DNA of 64,000 nucleotides from Paraspadella gotoi. Lineage: Eukaryota > Animalia > Chaetognatha. The stretch's first letter is position 1. The number at the start of each line of letters is the position of its first letter. The notes below the pieces were generated by a model, which did not search any database, had not been told where the DNA came from, and saw nothing but the letters and a program-made list of their open reading frames with translations. This document shows positions 51,116 to 63,285 of this stretch, piece after piece. The translations under genes and the position numbers were made by a program. Location of the stretch: contig CM119263.1 in the NCBI GenBank assembly GCA_051294375.1, forward strand, positions 11,695,130 to 11,759,129, given 5' to 3'.

Positions 51116-52646
51116 GTCAGTTCAGAGCAAGGGCAGCTGAGGACTTCTTGAGTGGGTTAGTATGAACTGTGATGGAAAACCTTTAGGACTACTTTTTGGT
51201 ACAGGTGTTTCAGGGCAAAGAGCAGCCGACCGAAAGACGTAAGCTTTCGGTAAAGACCAATAAAATTCAGTAAATTATTCAGCGAGCGATGTAAAAAACG
51301 CATTAGGAAAGTTCACTCCTTCCTCTCACTACTTCACGGCCGAACTACTCCAGTGACTCTCATTCACTAACTTCTCCTTTTACGCTGGTTTCCCTTCGCG
51401 GATGATCCGCTTATCAGAGGCGAACATCGTCTCCCTTTCACTCTTTTGTTTTTCCATCCGTGGAATCACAACCAACTTTTTTTTTTAAATCGTAATCTGT
51501 TTAGTAGCGAACGGGGATGAAAAAAAGCTTGAAAGAAACATGGGAACTCATAGATTTAATGACGGAAATCGACCTCAGGGAAGACGGTCGAAGAAAAGAA
51601 AAGAAAACATAAAAAGCTGATCGATCGTTCAAGGCTGAAAGTAAGAAATGTTCTCCACGATTATGAATACAGAATCAAACCACGATACATCTATATTCTT
51701 AATAATTATTTTCTTTAACTTCCGGGCAATTTTGTGGCAAAGTACGCTTGCGAGTATGAAAACTATGATCAGCAAGAACTCGAGTTTAAAACTTTAAATG
51801 TCAGTTTTCGCGTCACGAAACTCTTCTCTGCCTCGCGGTAAAATCCTCGTTACGACGTTTCTAACTCCGATAACGAGTCTTCAAATGGCTTTTTCTTATT
51901 TTCGGATAATTAAAGAGTAAACAAGTTTTTAAAGATTTGTCACATGGCGTGTGGCACTCTAGCATAATTTCTATTTCCTTAGCGACTTAGTTTTATCTTT
52001 TTTCTTTTTTTTTTTCTTATTGGCTGAAAGCAAAAGGTAGAAATGCATTAACCTTCGAAAAAGGAAAGAAGGATATTATCTTTGTTTGAAAGTCGAAGGG
52101 GGCTGAGAGAGCATTTGTGTGTGAGATAGAGAGAGAGTTGGAGAGAAGTTTGAGGGCGGAGGGGTGACTTTCCGAGGAGGAGATTTTTTGAAGAGCTTCC
52201 TTCCTATTATTTGTATCCGCCATCTCTAAAATCCTTTTTTCCATAAATAACAATAAATTCTCAATAATCGTCCGAAATGTTCTTATGCGCAAAACATAAT
52301 TTTTTTTCCCCATAGTATCTCAGAGGGATTTTTTTCCTTCCAATTTCGCCCGATAAATCGACCGAGCGCGTGTTTCCAATTCGATGGGAAATCTCTCTTG
52401 CCCGTCGAGGTCCGATAGGCCTGGGGTCGCTGCGAGAACGGACGATCGGGCGACTCATAAGCCGCCTTCACAACCGGGCGACCGAATGAGCCGGGCATCC
52501 GGAATTCTCCGTCAGTTAATGTAATCCGGATTTTTAAGTCGACGCTGATTCGATCGAGTTTATTAGTTGACGTGAAATCCGATTAAACAGAAAAAGCGAG
52601 ATCGATATATCGTCGCTGACGTCGACCAACTCTATGAAATACGAGT

Positions 52647-52731
52647 CTTCTGTTTGTAGTTAAAATCAAAATGAAAATAACACTTTGATTCAAAGTGTTA
52701 TTTTCATTTTGATTTTAACTACAAACAGAAG
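52647..52731. repeat. Perfect palindrome, 42-bp arms with 1-nt centre
   Basis: cttctgtttgtagttaaaatcaaaatgaaaataacactttga-t-tcaaagtgttattttcattttgattttaactacaaacagaag. Confidence 0.95.
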
Positions 52732-53485
52732 TTTGAAATAGAAATATATCTTTAGATTTTTTTTTTCAATTGATAACGGTACATTTGAATAACATTCATG
52801 AATTCATCATTTAATAATTTTGAATTTCGAAATGGTAAGATAAAATATATTGGTTTCATAATGTTTAGTTTATTTTTATTAAATCAGTTTTGTCCTTCAT
52901 CCCCATCTTTTTTTTGTTTATTCTTCGATAAAGGAATGAATCTAGGGGATTCTTGGAAAATGGTGGGATTGTGAATCTTGCTTGAAACGTTTCCTTGCAA
53001 ATTTATCTTGTTTTCCCTCGTTTTCGCCTTAGTTCGAAAAAAAAACATATATGAAAACAAAATCCACGTTTTTATTTGGTGATTTATAATAAGAAATTTC
53101 CTTTCTGACATTGATGTATACGAGAGACGATTTATTCTATCTTTTGAAAAGGAAGCGACAGCGGGTGCATTCCTGCCATTCCTGACCTCGTCTAAGTTGT
53201 AATAATAAATAATAAATAAATAAATAAATAATAAATGGGGGAATTGAAAATATATGGAGAAGTTGGATGTCCTGTCTTGAAGCAAATGTTGCTTTGACAG
53301 AATCCATAAGTTTCATTCAGGCCGTCATTAGCGAAGTGAGTGAGAGAGATAAAGAAAATGAGTGAGAGTGAGTGAGAGAGCGAGTGAGTGACCGCAATTC
53401 CGACTGCGATCAAGCGAAACCTCGCGAACGGAATACGAAATAAGCGGCAATATTTCTGGAGAGGGAGTCATAGATGATGCACAGG

Positions 53486-53563
<78 letters not shown>

Positions 53564-55449
53564 ATAAGACCTGCCTCTAAAGCGGAAAAAATTAGCTCTT
53601 TTCGTACAATGAAGACTTTCAGGTTATGGTTTGAAGCGAACTTTAATTTTTGCCGTAGCAGGAATGGTCAATTGGTCATCATCTAGTTATTCTCTCAAAG
53701 AATAGAATTCAGGGGCGAGTAGAGAAACGACAGGCTCCTGATATTCATAATTCAAAATAATTCCCTAAACAAAGACCCCCCCAAATTTTTTTTTACTAGT
53801 AAATGGATAAAGCAAATATATAGTCTTTTTCTGCCTCATCAGGAAATAGTGTATATTTGTACGTCGATATGTATTAGATGAAATTGGTTTGGAATAAACT
53901 TTTAAAAACTGTAACATCTTCACAAATGACAAATTCAATTTTTACTTCTAACTAAAATACCGTAGCAGCATTACAGTATACGGCAGTTTACTATTTTTTG
54001 AGCACGGGTTACCATCATGAGAAAAACTGATAAATTATGTCTTCGAGCTCAGTGTGAATTCATTTTATGATATAAGTTAATAATAATTGGGGCAATGATA
54101 GAATAAACACACTTTCATTTGAGCTCTTTTACAATAATTTTAATTGAATTTTTGAAATTCGCTCGCCATTTAAATAAAATTATAATTTTTGATTCCTAAC
54201 ATTGTCGGTTAAGATTTATCATAAAAAGAATTAAAAAATCAAATTTTAATTTATTCATAATTTGATTTATTCGTACAATCGTACACGTAGTTTACATAGA
54301 ATTTTTTCAACTCCCAGCCGACGCGATGACATAAAAGAAAATAATGTTAGCGAGAGAAATAGAGAGCGAAAGAGATAGAGAGAGATGGTATTTTTCAAGA
54401 GCCCATAAGCGTGGGGGAAGAGGGGAATGTCTCGAAAGGTTGGGTCTTAACATCGTCTCGCGTCTCTCCTTGTTTCGTCCCATAAATCATATTTCCCAAG
54501 AGGCGAAAAAATATCGTAAAAGACGGTGGTTGTTGTTGTTGTTGTTGAGGCGGTTGCGACGAAATTTACCGAGTGATAATGTGTGGCGTCGCCCTTGCCA
54601 TTTGTTGTTTCTTTGACAAAGAGCGCGACATCTGCATTAAGGATGTATTGCAAACGATTGCTATCTATAAATATTTATATATAAACAAATTAGAGAAATT
54701 CAAACCATTAAAAAGTAGAGAGATGTCTTGGCGCTCACTGACACTGAAAACGCCGTTATTTTCCGGGCGAAAAAAGAAAGGAGTCTAGCATCATTCCGAT
54801 TCAGCGTCACCAGTCGCGCCGGAATAGAAATGGAGGCGTGGACCGAATTTTGATAAGTGATAACTGGGAACCATTTATTTCCCAATGTCAGTTGGGTAAG
54901 AAACGTCCGTGATTCATAAAGATGCTGATTATTACGTATCGTTGTTGTAGTAGTCATGTTCAACTGGGCAGCTATAGTATTATTATTATTTTGCCAAAAG
55001 AAGAAACTAGACTCATAAAAAAAAAAAAAATTTTTTTGAAACCTAATTTCAAAAAACTCTTTTTCCTCAACTAAAATCGTTTGCTAGTTTTTTTAATTTT
55101 TCACACGCTTAACGGTTTATCGATATTTCTTAGCCAAATTCTATTTTCTGGCTGCCTGCTTTGGTGTGATGACTCAGATTTCGAGGGGAATTATCGATTT
55201 ACGATGTTTTCAATTTGTCAAGAGCCGGTTACTCTGACTTAATCATGTATTAAACTAAAAGATCGGTTAAACAAAGGTGATAATATTCCCGAATTTAACC
55301 GTATTAAAAAGTTTCGAACGATTGTACAAGCTACATCATTCATTCAACAAAATTCAACAAAAGACTGGATTATGACAAAACTAAAAGCATCTCTGGAGTA
55401 AATGAACATCGAAGGTGGTTCACGCTTTTCATGGAATAAATTCTTTTTT

Positions 55450-57684
55450 TCACTCTTGCGTGTTCTGGGTTTCTTCGTCTTTGTCATCACTGGCGACGTT
55501 CGCGGGCAAGGTTGATGGTCGGTTACTATAGGAAAGAATCATGGAGTTTGGAAAAACCATACGCGTTCCCATTCGCGGACGCGGCGTCCGATGCGGAGTT
55601 CTCGCTTGCCGAGAGATGGAGCGACCCCTGGGCGTGTCCAGCAGCGACGCCAAAGGCGACGTTGTTTCAGCGAAACTCACGTCACCGGCAAAGGGAACGG
55701 CGCCGCCCCTGATGCCAGCAGAATCGATGCCTCGGCGCGGGGTGGAGAAGGCGATGGGACGGGCAACTTTCTTTGTCGGCGGACTGAAAACAGATCTTGC
55801 CGCGTCGTACGACAGCAGCGGCGTCAACGGTGAGAGAACGCCGGGCGCCGAAATGGTTTTCTCTTCGGCGATGATTGGTTCTTCGTCGATGCCGCTGACG
55901 CCGGGTTGCCATTTCGGTGCTGGAATCGATACCCCGCCGGTGTGTGGCAATCGAAGGTCGCCCGCGGCGCCGCTATCTTGCGCTTTCATGTCGTTTCCGT
56001 TTTTCCTGGATGACGTCAAGTCTTCTCCGCCTTCACGGAGCCGCGTGTTGGTCAAAAGCGCCATGACGCTGGCCGCCCATTCTTTGGCGCAGCCGGTAGA
56101 ATCAACGAACCGAAACTCTCGCTGGGGCGTCTTGACTCGAAACTTTTCCGAGCTCTTTGCCATCGCGGTCGTTTCCGGCGTCAGCATTACCTCGCCGCGC
56201 GTGGCGGCAGCGCCCCTTTTCAACGTCTCGGCGTCAAAGTAAAAGAGGCGCGGGCCTTCGACGAGGACGAAGAGACGAGAACGCCGCGAAAAATGGCGTC
56301 GCTGACTTTTCTTTTCGAGGACGCCAGATTTGAGAATGATTCTCCCGTCGACGATCGCGTGGAGAGGATTGTCAAATGATTGCTTGAGGCGGAGAAACTG
56401 CTTCTCGCTTTCAGAGGCGCGGAGGAAGTCGACGACGGCGGATGAGACTTTGCTGGAGGTGGCGCAGCAGTCTGCGTCGGCAGCGCCGCAGGAATAAGCG
56501 GAGATTTCGGCGTTGTTTCGCGAATCCGACGTGAAGGAAGAGGCGTCCAATTTGGATAAGATTTCTAAAGCCTTGGCTCCACCGCCGTCCCGCTTGATCC
56601 ACGGATTCTCATCCTCTCTGCGCGTCCCCCTTTTCTGATCATCCGCTTCTTTTTCATTCTTCTCATCTTCCTCATTTTTATCCTCTTCCTCCTCCGCCTC
56701 GTTTTTCACTCCCTTTTCCTTGACGTCACCTTTGACGTCGGCGTCTTCGCTTTCACTTTCCCTTTCGTCCTTGACTCCGACTCCTCTTTCGTCGTCGTCG
56801 TCTTCGCTGTCGTCATCTTTCCACAACGGGTTGCGTTTGACAGGCGAAGCTCCCAGTGCGGAAGCGAGAGAAAGGCCGGCGCCAGAAGCGCCAAATGTGC
56901 CGGTTCCGGTCGCAACGCCGCTCGCGGTTCCACCGAGCGCCGAAAGCTCCGCCCGGCGCCTCAGAATTGACTTTCGCTTGGAAATAATGAAGCTCTTTCT
57001 GCAGAGACGCGTTGGTGGGTTCGATCTGAACATAGGGCGAGGATCGATGGGGCGGAGGTGAGGTTTGAGACGAGATTCGTCAATTTTGTTTTTCGTTTCC
57101 TTTGCAGATTCCATCCCTACTTCACTTCTTTCGTTTCTATTTGGCGAAAACAGTTTAGTTTTTTCTTTTCCTTCGCGCCTGTTTGACATTGATTGGCGAC
57201 GGGCGACGACGCATTCTTTCTCCTCGTCTTCGCTTTCGTCGTCTTCGTCGTCGTCGTTGGCGCCAGTATTAACGGGTCTGACGCTGGCGACGTCGCTTAT
57301 CAACTGCGCCGGGCGTTTCCTCGAGGGGCTGTTCCCAGAATTTTCTGTTGAAGTCTTGCGTTTTCTGGGAGTGCCGACGAGAGCGGTTTCCGACGGACCG
57401 ATCGACACAGGGATGTCGTTCGAGGCGTCGACGGACAGCACCGTCGGAGTTTGATTTGAGACTGTGGCAGCGCAAGCGCCGAGATCGTCTGGTTTTTTCT
57501 CTGGGTCGATTGGTGAAACTTTGTCAGCGGTTCGCAGCTCAGTTTTTTCCAACTTGGAAAAATATTCCAGTTTGACGGTGACTGACGACGACGAAGAGGC
57601 GCCCGGGGAGTTGTTTATGTTGACAGTGGCAACGCGCCGGTTGACGTTGGAGACGACGGCGCCAGTTCGTAATTCCGGCTTCAT
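55450..57684 (-). CDS. Intronless 744-aa protein with a PDK1-type PH domain (~56060-56415) and no kinase domain
   Basis: SESEKQFLRLKQSFDNPLHAIVDGRIILKSGVLEKK..FSRRSRLFVLVEGPRLFYFD..RGEV..AKSSEKFRVKTPQREFRFVDSTGCAKEW aligns motif by motif with the PDPK1 C-terminal PH domain as I recall it ([70 protein letters not shown]). The rest is low complexity. Confidence 0.85.
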   Translation of the reverse strand: MKPELRTGAVVSNVNRRVATVNINNSPGASSSSSVTVKLEYFSKLEKTELRTADKVSPIDPEKKPDDLGACAATVSNQTPTVLSVDASNDIPVSIGPSETALVGTPRKRKTSTENSGNSPSRKRPAQLISDVASVRPVNTGANDDDEDDESEDEEKECVVARRQSMSNRREGKEKTKLFSPNRNERSEVGMESAKETKNKIDESRLKPHLRPIDPRPMFRSNPPTRLCRKSFIISKRKSILRRRAELSALGGTASGVATGTGTFGASGAGLSLASALGASPVKRNPLWKDDDSEDDDDERGVGVKDERESESEDADVKGDVKEKGVKNEAEEEEDKNEEDEKNEKEADDQKRGTRREDENPWIKRDGGGAKALEILSKLDASSFTSDSRNNAEISAYSCGAADADCCATSSKVSSAVVDFLRASESEKQFLRLKQSFDNPLHAIVDGRIILKSGVLEKKSQRRHFSRRSRLFVLVEGPRLFYFDAETLKRGAAATRGEVMLTPETTAMAKSSEKFRVKTPQREFRFVDSTGCAKEWAASVMALLTNTRLREGGEDLTSSRKNGNDMKAQDSGAAGDLRLPHTGGVSIPAPKWQPGVSGIDEEPIIAEEKTISAPGVLSPLTPLLSYDAARSVFSPPTKKVARPIAFSTPRRGIDSAGIRGGAVPFAGDVSFAETTSPLASLLDTPRGRSISRQARTPHRTPRPRMGTRMVFPNSMILSYSNRPSTLPANVASDDKDEETQNTQE

Positions 57685-58122
57685 TTTTTAAATTTTCTTT
57701 TTTTTTTTTTTTCGTTTAATTCTCGCGTGAAGAGAAAAATGAGTAATTTTACGACTAATTTGTTAGATTCCCGAAATTGCTTTGCGAAGCGATTTTCATC
57801 CGTGAGCCGCTTTATAAGTCGATCGCCGTGTGAAAATAAAAATCAAGAGAGCGAGACGATGACGAGAACGGAACGAGAGCCTGGGAGCGAGAAAACGATA
57901 TATGGGGCAGACGGAGACAGATAACGGATCGCGCGTCTTAAGGCGGATGATCCTCTCTGGTTTGTGAGAGACAGGAAAGGAGATTTACCGAAGAGTCGCG
58001 AAACGACGACGAGTACACGACGACGACGATATGGACGACGAACAAGACGATAACAATGGCTTAAACGAATTGTAACTGGCGAGAAGAGAGCGAGAAAGAG
58101 AGAAAGAGAGAGAGTGAGAGAG

Positions 58123-58187
<65 letters not shown>

Positions 58188-58244
58188 GAAACCCTCGGAC
58201 ACGGCCCAGGGAGCGGGAAGAGAGAAAAGCGACAGGGAGAAAAC

Positions 58245-58308
<64 letters not shown>

Positions 58309-60419
58309 CATGTGTGATAAGGAGAAAAAAAGGATAAATTTAAGGGCAAGGGTGACCGACGAGAGAGAGAGAGAGGCTGGGGTCAGAGGTCGGTTAATGG
58401 GGATTTTGTTCTAAGATGAAAAGGAAACCGAAAAACCGGCCAAAAAAAAAAGGCGGGAGAGGATTCATGAACCGAGTATTAAGGAGGAGGAAGAGGAAAA
58501 GAAAGATGAGGAAAGCATGAGTCCAATTGAGCGAGTGTAGCGAGTGAGGACGTAATATAGGTCATTGTAACCACGTGGGTTTTTAGTTGCGCCGCGAGCA
58601 ACTCTATAAGTCACTTCTCTTCTCTTATAGAAACTTATTCGTTTGTTCCGATTAAATGATTCATACCTTAATCCACATCTTCTCCCTAACCCACATGGAT
58701 TTCATCGTTTTATGACGACTCGTGGTTCGAAGTTTATTAGTTACGAGGGCTGATCGAAACATAAGTGGTCAGTGGTCACATGGTTTCAACCGTTTCGTGG
58801 AACTAATGTTATAAAAGGTTTTTTCTTTTTCTGAAAGGAAAAAAATCTTATTTAAAACATTAAACAATCAAAATAAATGAAGTTAAAAAAGTTAGCTAAA
58901 AAAATTAATTAATATTAATTACACTCGTTTAAAATTAACTACGTTGATCATTAGCTGACTTTATTCCTTTTTATGATTCGAGACCACATTGTACCGAGAG
59001 GCTGGGAATTTCTTCGTTGCCATCTTTCCCCCCCCCCCAAGTCCGGCGTGACGAGCCTCGGCGACCTCCGGGGTTTCCATCTCCATTTTCTTTTTCCGTT
59101 GACGCCGACCTCTCGAGGCCGCGGACATGTTTAAGCAATGAGGGAGGAATTTTTTTTCTTCATCCGAGAATCCGAGGACCATCTACTTCGCGGACCTGAT
59201 AGCAAAACAACAACAGTCCGTCACATTGTTTCATTAGCAGGGAGACACCGAGACGCGATTCGTTCCAATAAAAAGAACGACTGAGATGAGAAAAGAAAAA
59301 AGGTTTTAGGAGTCTCATTGGACGATAATAAACCAATCGATCGGCGAAGGAACCCGCGGGAAAATTTGGCGCAGTTGGCACAGCGAGGAGACCTTGATCG
59401 TTTTCTTGCGATGATTTGTTTGGACGTTTTGGCCAATGGAGGACTTCTGGCCTTCGTCATTCAAGGAGAGTGAGACATTCTCCTCTTTTCATTCTTAAAA
59501 TAAAAATTATTATAAATTACAATGAATTTTAATAAAAGTGTGCGATCATAGTAAGTTAAAAATTTATGAAATTATGGAATTTTAAAAGTAAAAAAATCCC
59601 TCTTCTTGTTTACTCTTTTAGCATTCTTTGAATATAAGATAATCATAATGATATGCTTTATTATTCTTCAAGAAAAAAAAAACCGCGTGGATTTCTCCGC
59701 AACCTTGGGATGGCGCCGCTTCGACTTTGAAAGTTCTTTCGCGATCCTGAGAAGAAGGAAGGAAGTAGCGCCCTCTGATACCCCGAAGCTCGAACGGCCT
59801 ATTAACCAAATACTGCGATGCCCTTTCACCTTGCGCCCGCATCTTTTGCCCGGGAGAGCGATGAAATCTTAAGAAGACGCCCGCGAGATCGTAAAGGAGT
59901 AAAAGCCTTATAACACCGGTGCTGCCTTCTCATAACCGTTCGAGCCATTTGGTTAATTTGTCTCTTGCCTGCAAGGATCTTGGGAAGAACCCGAGTTTCT
60001 GGCACAGAAACAAAATGCAGTAATTTTTAAAATTCGTTATTGAAACAAAAACCGGATCTGCGGTTTTAAGCTCCCAAAAAGAAAAAAAATAATTATATGT
60101 ATTGCGAGATTTCGTTGAAATACTTTCGCCGTGAGTCAGTTAGGAAGTTGTCAGTAATTAGTTATGACATTATTTTGTTATTATTGCTTTTCGCCCTCCC
60201 CACCTTTTTTCCCCCCAAGAAACAAAACCATTGAGTATGTCTACAGTATATCTAATCTAAATATCCGTTCAGTTTTTAAGTTAACTTTAAACAAAAAAGT
60301 TTAGAACGATTCATTGAAATGAATGATGAACTGACGATTAAAAGTCTAGACGATCCTAGGTTAAACTTAAGGTTATAAACTATTTACTTTCTTACAAAGT
60401 TAGATTTTTAAATTTTTAG

Positions 60420-60597
60420 GTGACTTCGCCGCCGACGGACGAAGCCGGAAACCCGCTGCCGTCTCACGGCCTTCCGAATGTTGCAGCGGCGACCCACACC
60501 CCGACACGTGCACAGTCGCACGCGCCGACGCATGCGCAAATCCTCGACGACGACGCCCGACCTCTCGCTATTTTCCTGGCGTTTCCGCCTTGTCAAG
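60420..60597 (+). CDS. AFDN: Afadin exon, RA2 C-part
   Basis: VTSPP...QILDDDARPLAIFLAFPPCQG matches the afadin ILDDDECPLQIF..WP..KG pattern. ttttag| ... G|GTAGG, phase 0 to 1. Confidence 0.88.
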
Positions 60598-61143
60598 GTA
60601 GGAAATAACAAAAGCAAACATGAGATGTACTAAAGCGAGAGATTTTATTTAAGTTTTAAAACTCTACTATACATCTAAATTTTCTTGTCTTGGTAAGCGA
60701 TATTCGCGTTCCAGTTTTTAACTCTGAGAAGGTTATTTGGAAAAGTAAGTTTAGTAAAATGCGTTTTCCCAGATATTTTTTGATACCAAAATTTCGATAA
60801 AAATTATTTAGCCAGCCTTATTTCAGGTAACAATTGATTCAAGTCTCAATGTCTTAATAATTATTTATGATGCGTAATAAACCACAAACCAAAAAAAGGA
60901 AAAAAATAAAAATCACTGCGGTCGGCTTTTAAAAAATAATGGTTTAGTTTTAGAGCGAAATCATATACAATTATACATATCTGCTTTAATTTTTTGTAAA
61001 TTAGAAAAGACTTTTTGGTCATTTAATAAATAACAATGATACTTGAATTGTATTGCTTTATTGAAATTGCGTTTCTAATTTTTTTATAAATATGCAGTTA
61101 CGGCGAATTTTTAAACTATTTTCTATAAAGAGACTTTCGCAGA

Positions 61144-61515
61144 ATGAATACTAATAATAATTCACTCGTGTTATTCGTCCTGTTATTCTCCATTTACGGC
61201 GTCATGAGCCGAACAACAGACCTGGAAATGGACCATGAGCTTCAGAAGCTGAACCTTCGTCAACCTCCGTTCGTGATAACGCCAATTGTTTTATCTGTCG
61301 TTTGCTTCGGTTGCTTCGTGGGCCTGATCCTCTTGGTTATCTTCGGAACTAAAAGGAAACAAGAAACAACGGAACAACGCTCTGGGGTCACCGTGGTGGA
61401 AGGAAATAAATTGAAATCGGTCCCTTGCATCATCATTCAAAGGGAAAGGAGGCGTATAGCAGCGGAAATTGTACCGGAAACATTGCCGGATCGCCGATAC
61501 CCTGAGCATGATTAA
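61144..61515 (+). CDS. Small single-pass membrane protein (123 aa)
   Basis: Hydrophobic N-terminus SLVLFVLLFSIYGVMS, TM segment VITPIVLSVVCFGCFVGLILLVIFG followed by the KRK stop-transfer; higher GC than the flanks. Confidence 0.65.
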   Translation: MNTNNNSLVLFVLLFSIYGVMSRTTDLEMDHELQKLNLRQPPFVITPIVLSVVCFGCFVGLILLVIFGTKRKQETTEQRSGVTVVEGNKLKSVPCIIIQRERRRIAAEIVPETLPDRRYPEHD

Positions 61516-61741
61516 TGTGAAAGGATTTTTGAATTTTAAAATGCGAAATATCTCTTCTGCATTTTTTATCATGGCTTTCCGAGAGATTTCTATGCACTAA
61601 TTTTTTTTTTAGAAATGAAGGAATAAAAGAATGATTCTTTACTGATTTTTAATTCGCAAAATATTTTTTTTTTTTGGTCCGTTACCTTTTTTTTCTTTAA
61701 TTATATAATTTAGCTCAAGACGTACGTTAAAAATAGTCAAG

Positions 61742-63052
61742 ATGGGAAAAAGCAAAGCGAAAGGCGACATCTGGTGCGGGTTTTGTCCCGTCAGCGACCT
61801 CAAACCCCACGAATACCCAGCTCACGCCAAAACCAACACCCCTGGGGTGCCGTTCGGAAAGCTGCCGCCGACGGGGCGATCCATGGCCATGCAGAGCGGA
61901 GTGGGCGGTGAGCGGGAAGAGTCGAAACAGGAGTTCTCGACGGGAAAAGCCGGGTTGATTGCGCGGGTCGAGAGATCATGGACAATATGGGTTTCTTGTC
62001 GCATTCGATGTTTGCTTGCCCAATAATCTTTTGAAAATTTTAAAAATTCATGAAATTAAGAATTTATATGTCCATAATTACCAAAAAAAAAAGTACGCCA
62101 AGAGTTAATTTAATATTCCTATAAACATAAAAAAAAAATTTAAAACCACAAAAATATTGAAAAATATTTCTGAATCGTCATAAAAAAATTCGAGTCTATC
62201 GATTTTTGTTTTTGTATCAATTGCGTCTTTGTTAATCAGAGCCAACAGTATGGGAGAAGGCGGAAAAGCTGTTGGGAACAAAGCAAAAACTGGACCCAGA
62301 GACTCGATGTGGCTACGAAAGATTTACACAGAAGCGTAACCGGCCGTGGAACTATTTCATGCCCATCGTGAAACCCAATGGAGGTGCGGCAATCTTCTAC
62401 CATATCAGATTTGTTGATTCAGTTGTTATTCTTAACTGCTATAATATATATATATATTAATATTAGGTATTTTTATCATTTAACTTAACGGCTTGTTCAA
62501 TACTTTTTGTTCATCTACGATCGTACTCCAGAATCCGTCTTGATCGAGGACAACCTGACCCCGATGACTCGTTGGGTCCTCAGCTACAGTTGGTTACAGC
62601 GCGGCTACTACCCTTGCTGCGACCCCAAAAACCCGGCAGGCGAGAGAGTTTCGGAAAATGTTATACAAACTTGAGAATATTCTTGACCCTGCGATTTTCC
62701 GACCACGTGACCTCGCGAAGGAAGCGGAAACGCGAAGATCATTCGGCGCGACGGGTTCCTTTATCCAAAGCCGAGAAAAGAAAACGAAGGCGTTTGTCCC
62801 AAAGACTGTGAATACTGCGATCGATCCAAGCGATGCGAGGTGGACGAGTCTCTTCTTTTTTAGAAAAAAAAACAAAAAAACAAAATCGGTCACTGCTTTT
62901 CCATTTTGACATACCCTTATCGTCAGAAATGTCCTCATCCAGTCCCGTCGGAAAAGTGCCCCAAATCTCAGAAGGACAAATGCAAAGAGATTCAGTACGA
63001 AGGAGACAAGCTCAGGTCGAAGATATACAAGAACACAAACAACGAAGCGTAA
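61742..63052 (+). CDS. Hypothetical 220-aa Cys/Lys-rich protein; exons 61742-61907, 62240-62383, 62532-62639, 62721-62839, 62927-63052
   Basis: Phases 1, 1, 1, 0 all agree and give one open frame (WCGFC..., YYPCCDP, VCPKDCEYCDRSKRCEKCPHP..KCPK..KCK). Intron 3 needs a GC donor. Confidence 0.65.
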
Positions 63053-63285
63053 TTTTTGGAGAAAAAAAGGAAAGAATGGAACGAAGGTGGCACACTGGCA
63101 CAGGTCTCGATCAATTGCTGCAAAGAAGGAATTTTCTAACTTTTTTTTTTTTGACAATAATTATTTTGTTTTTATTGCTGAATATTCATAAAACGCAAGT
63201 AAGGCTTGATTTTCTACGAAAAAAAAAAATGTTACTGTAGAATTTAGCTCGATCTTACATTTATTTCCATCTCACAACATTGAAA

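Noticed and set aside
52017-52498. Overlapping short minus-strand ORFs
   Set aside because: No consistent frame, splice model or recognisable motif.
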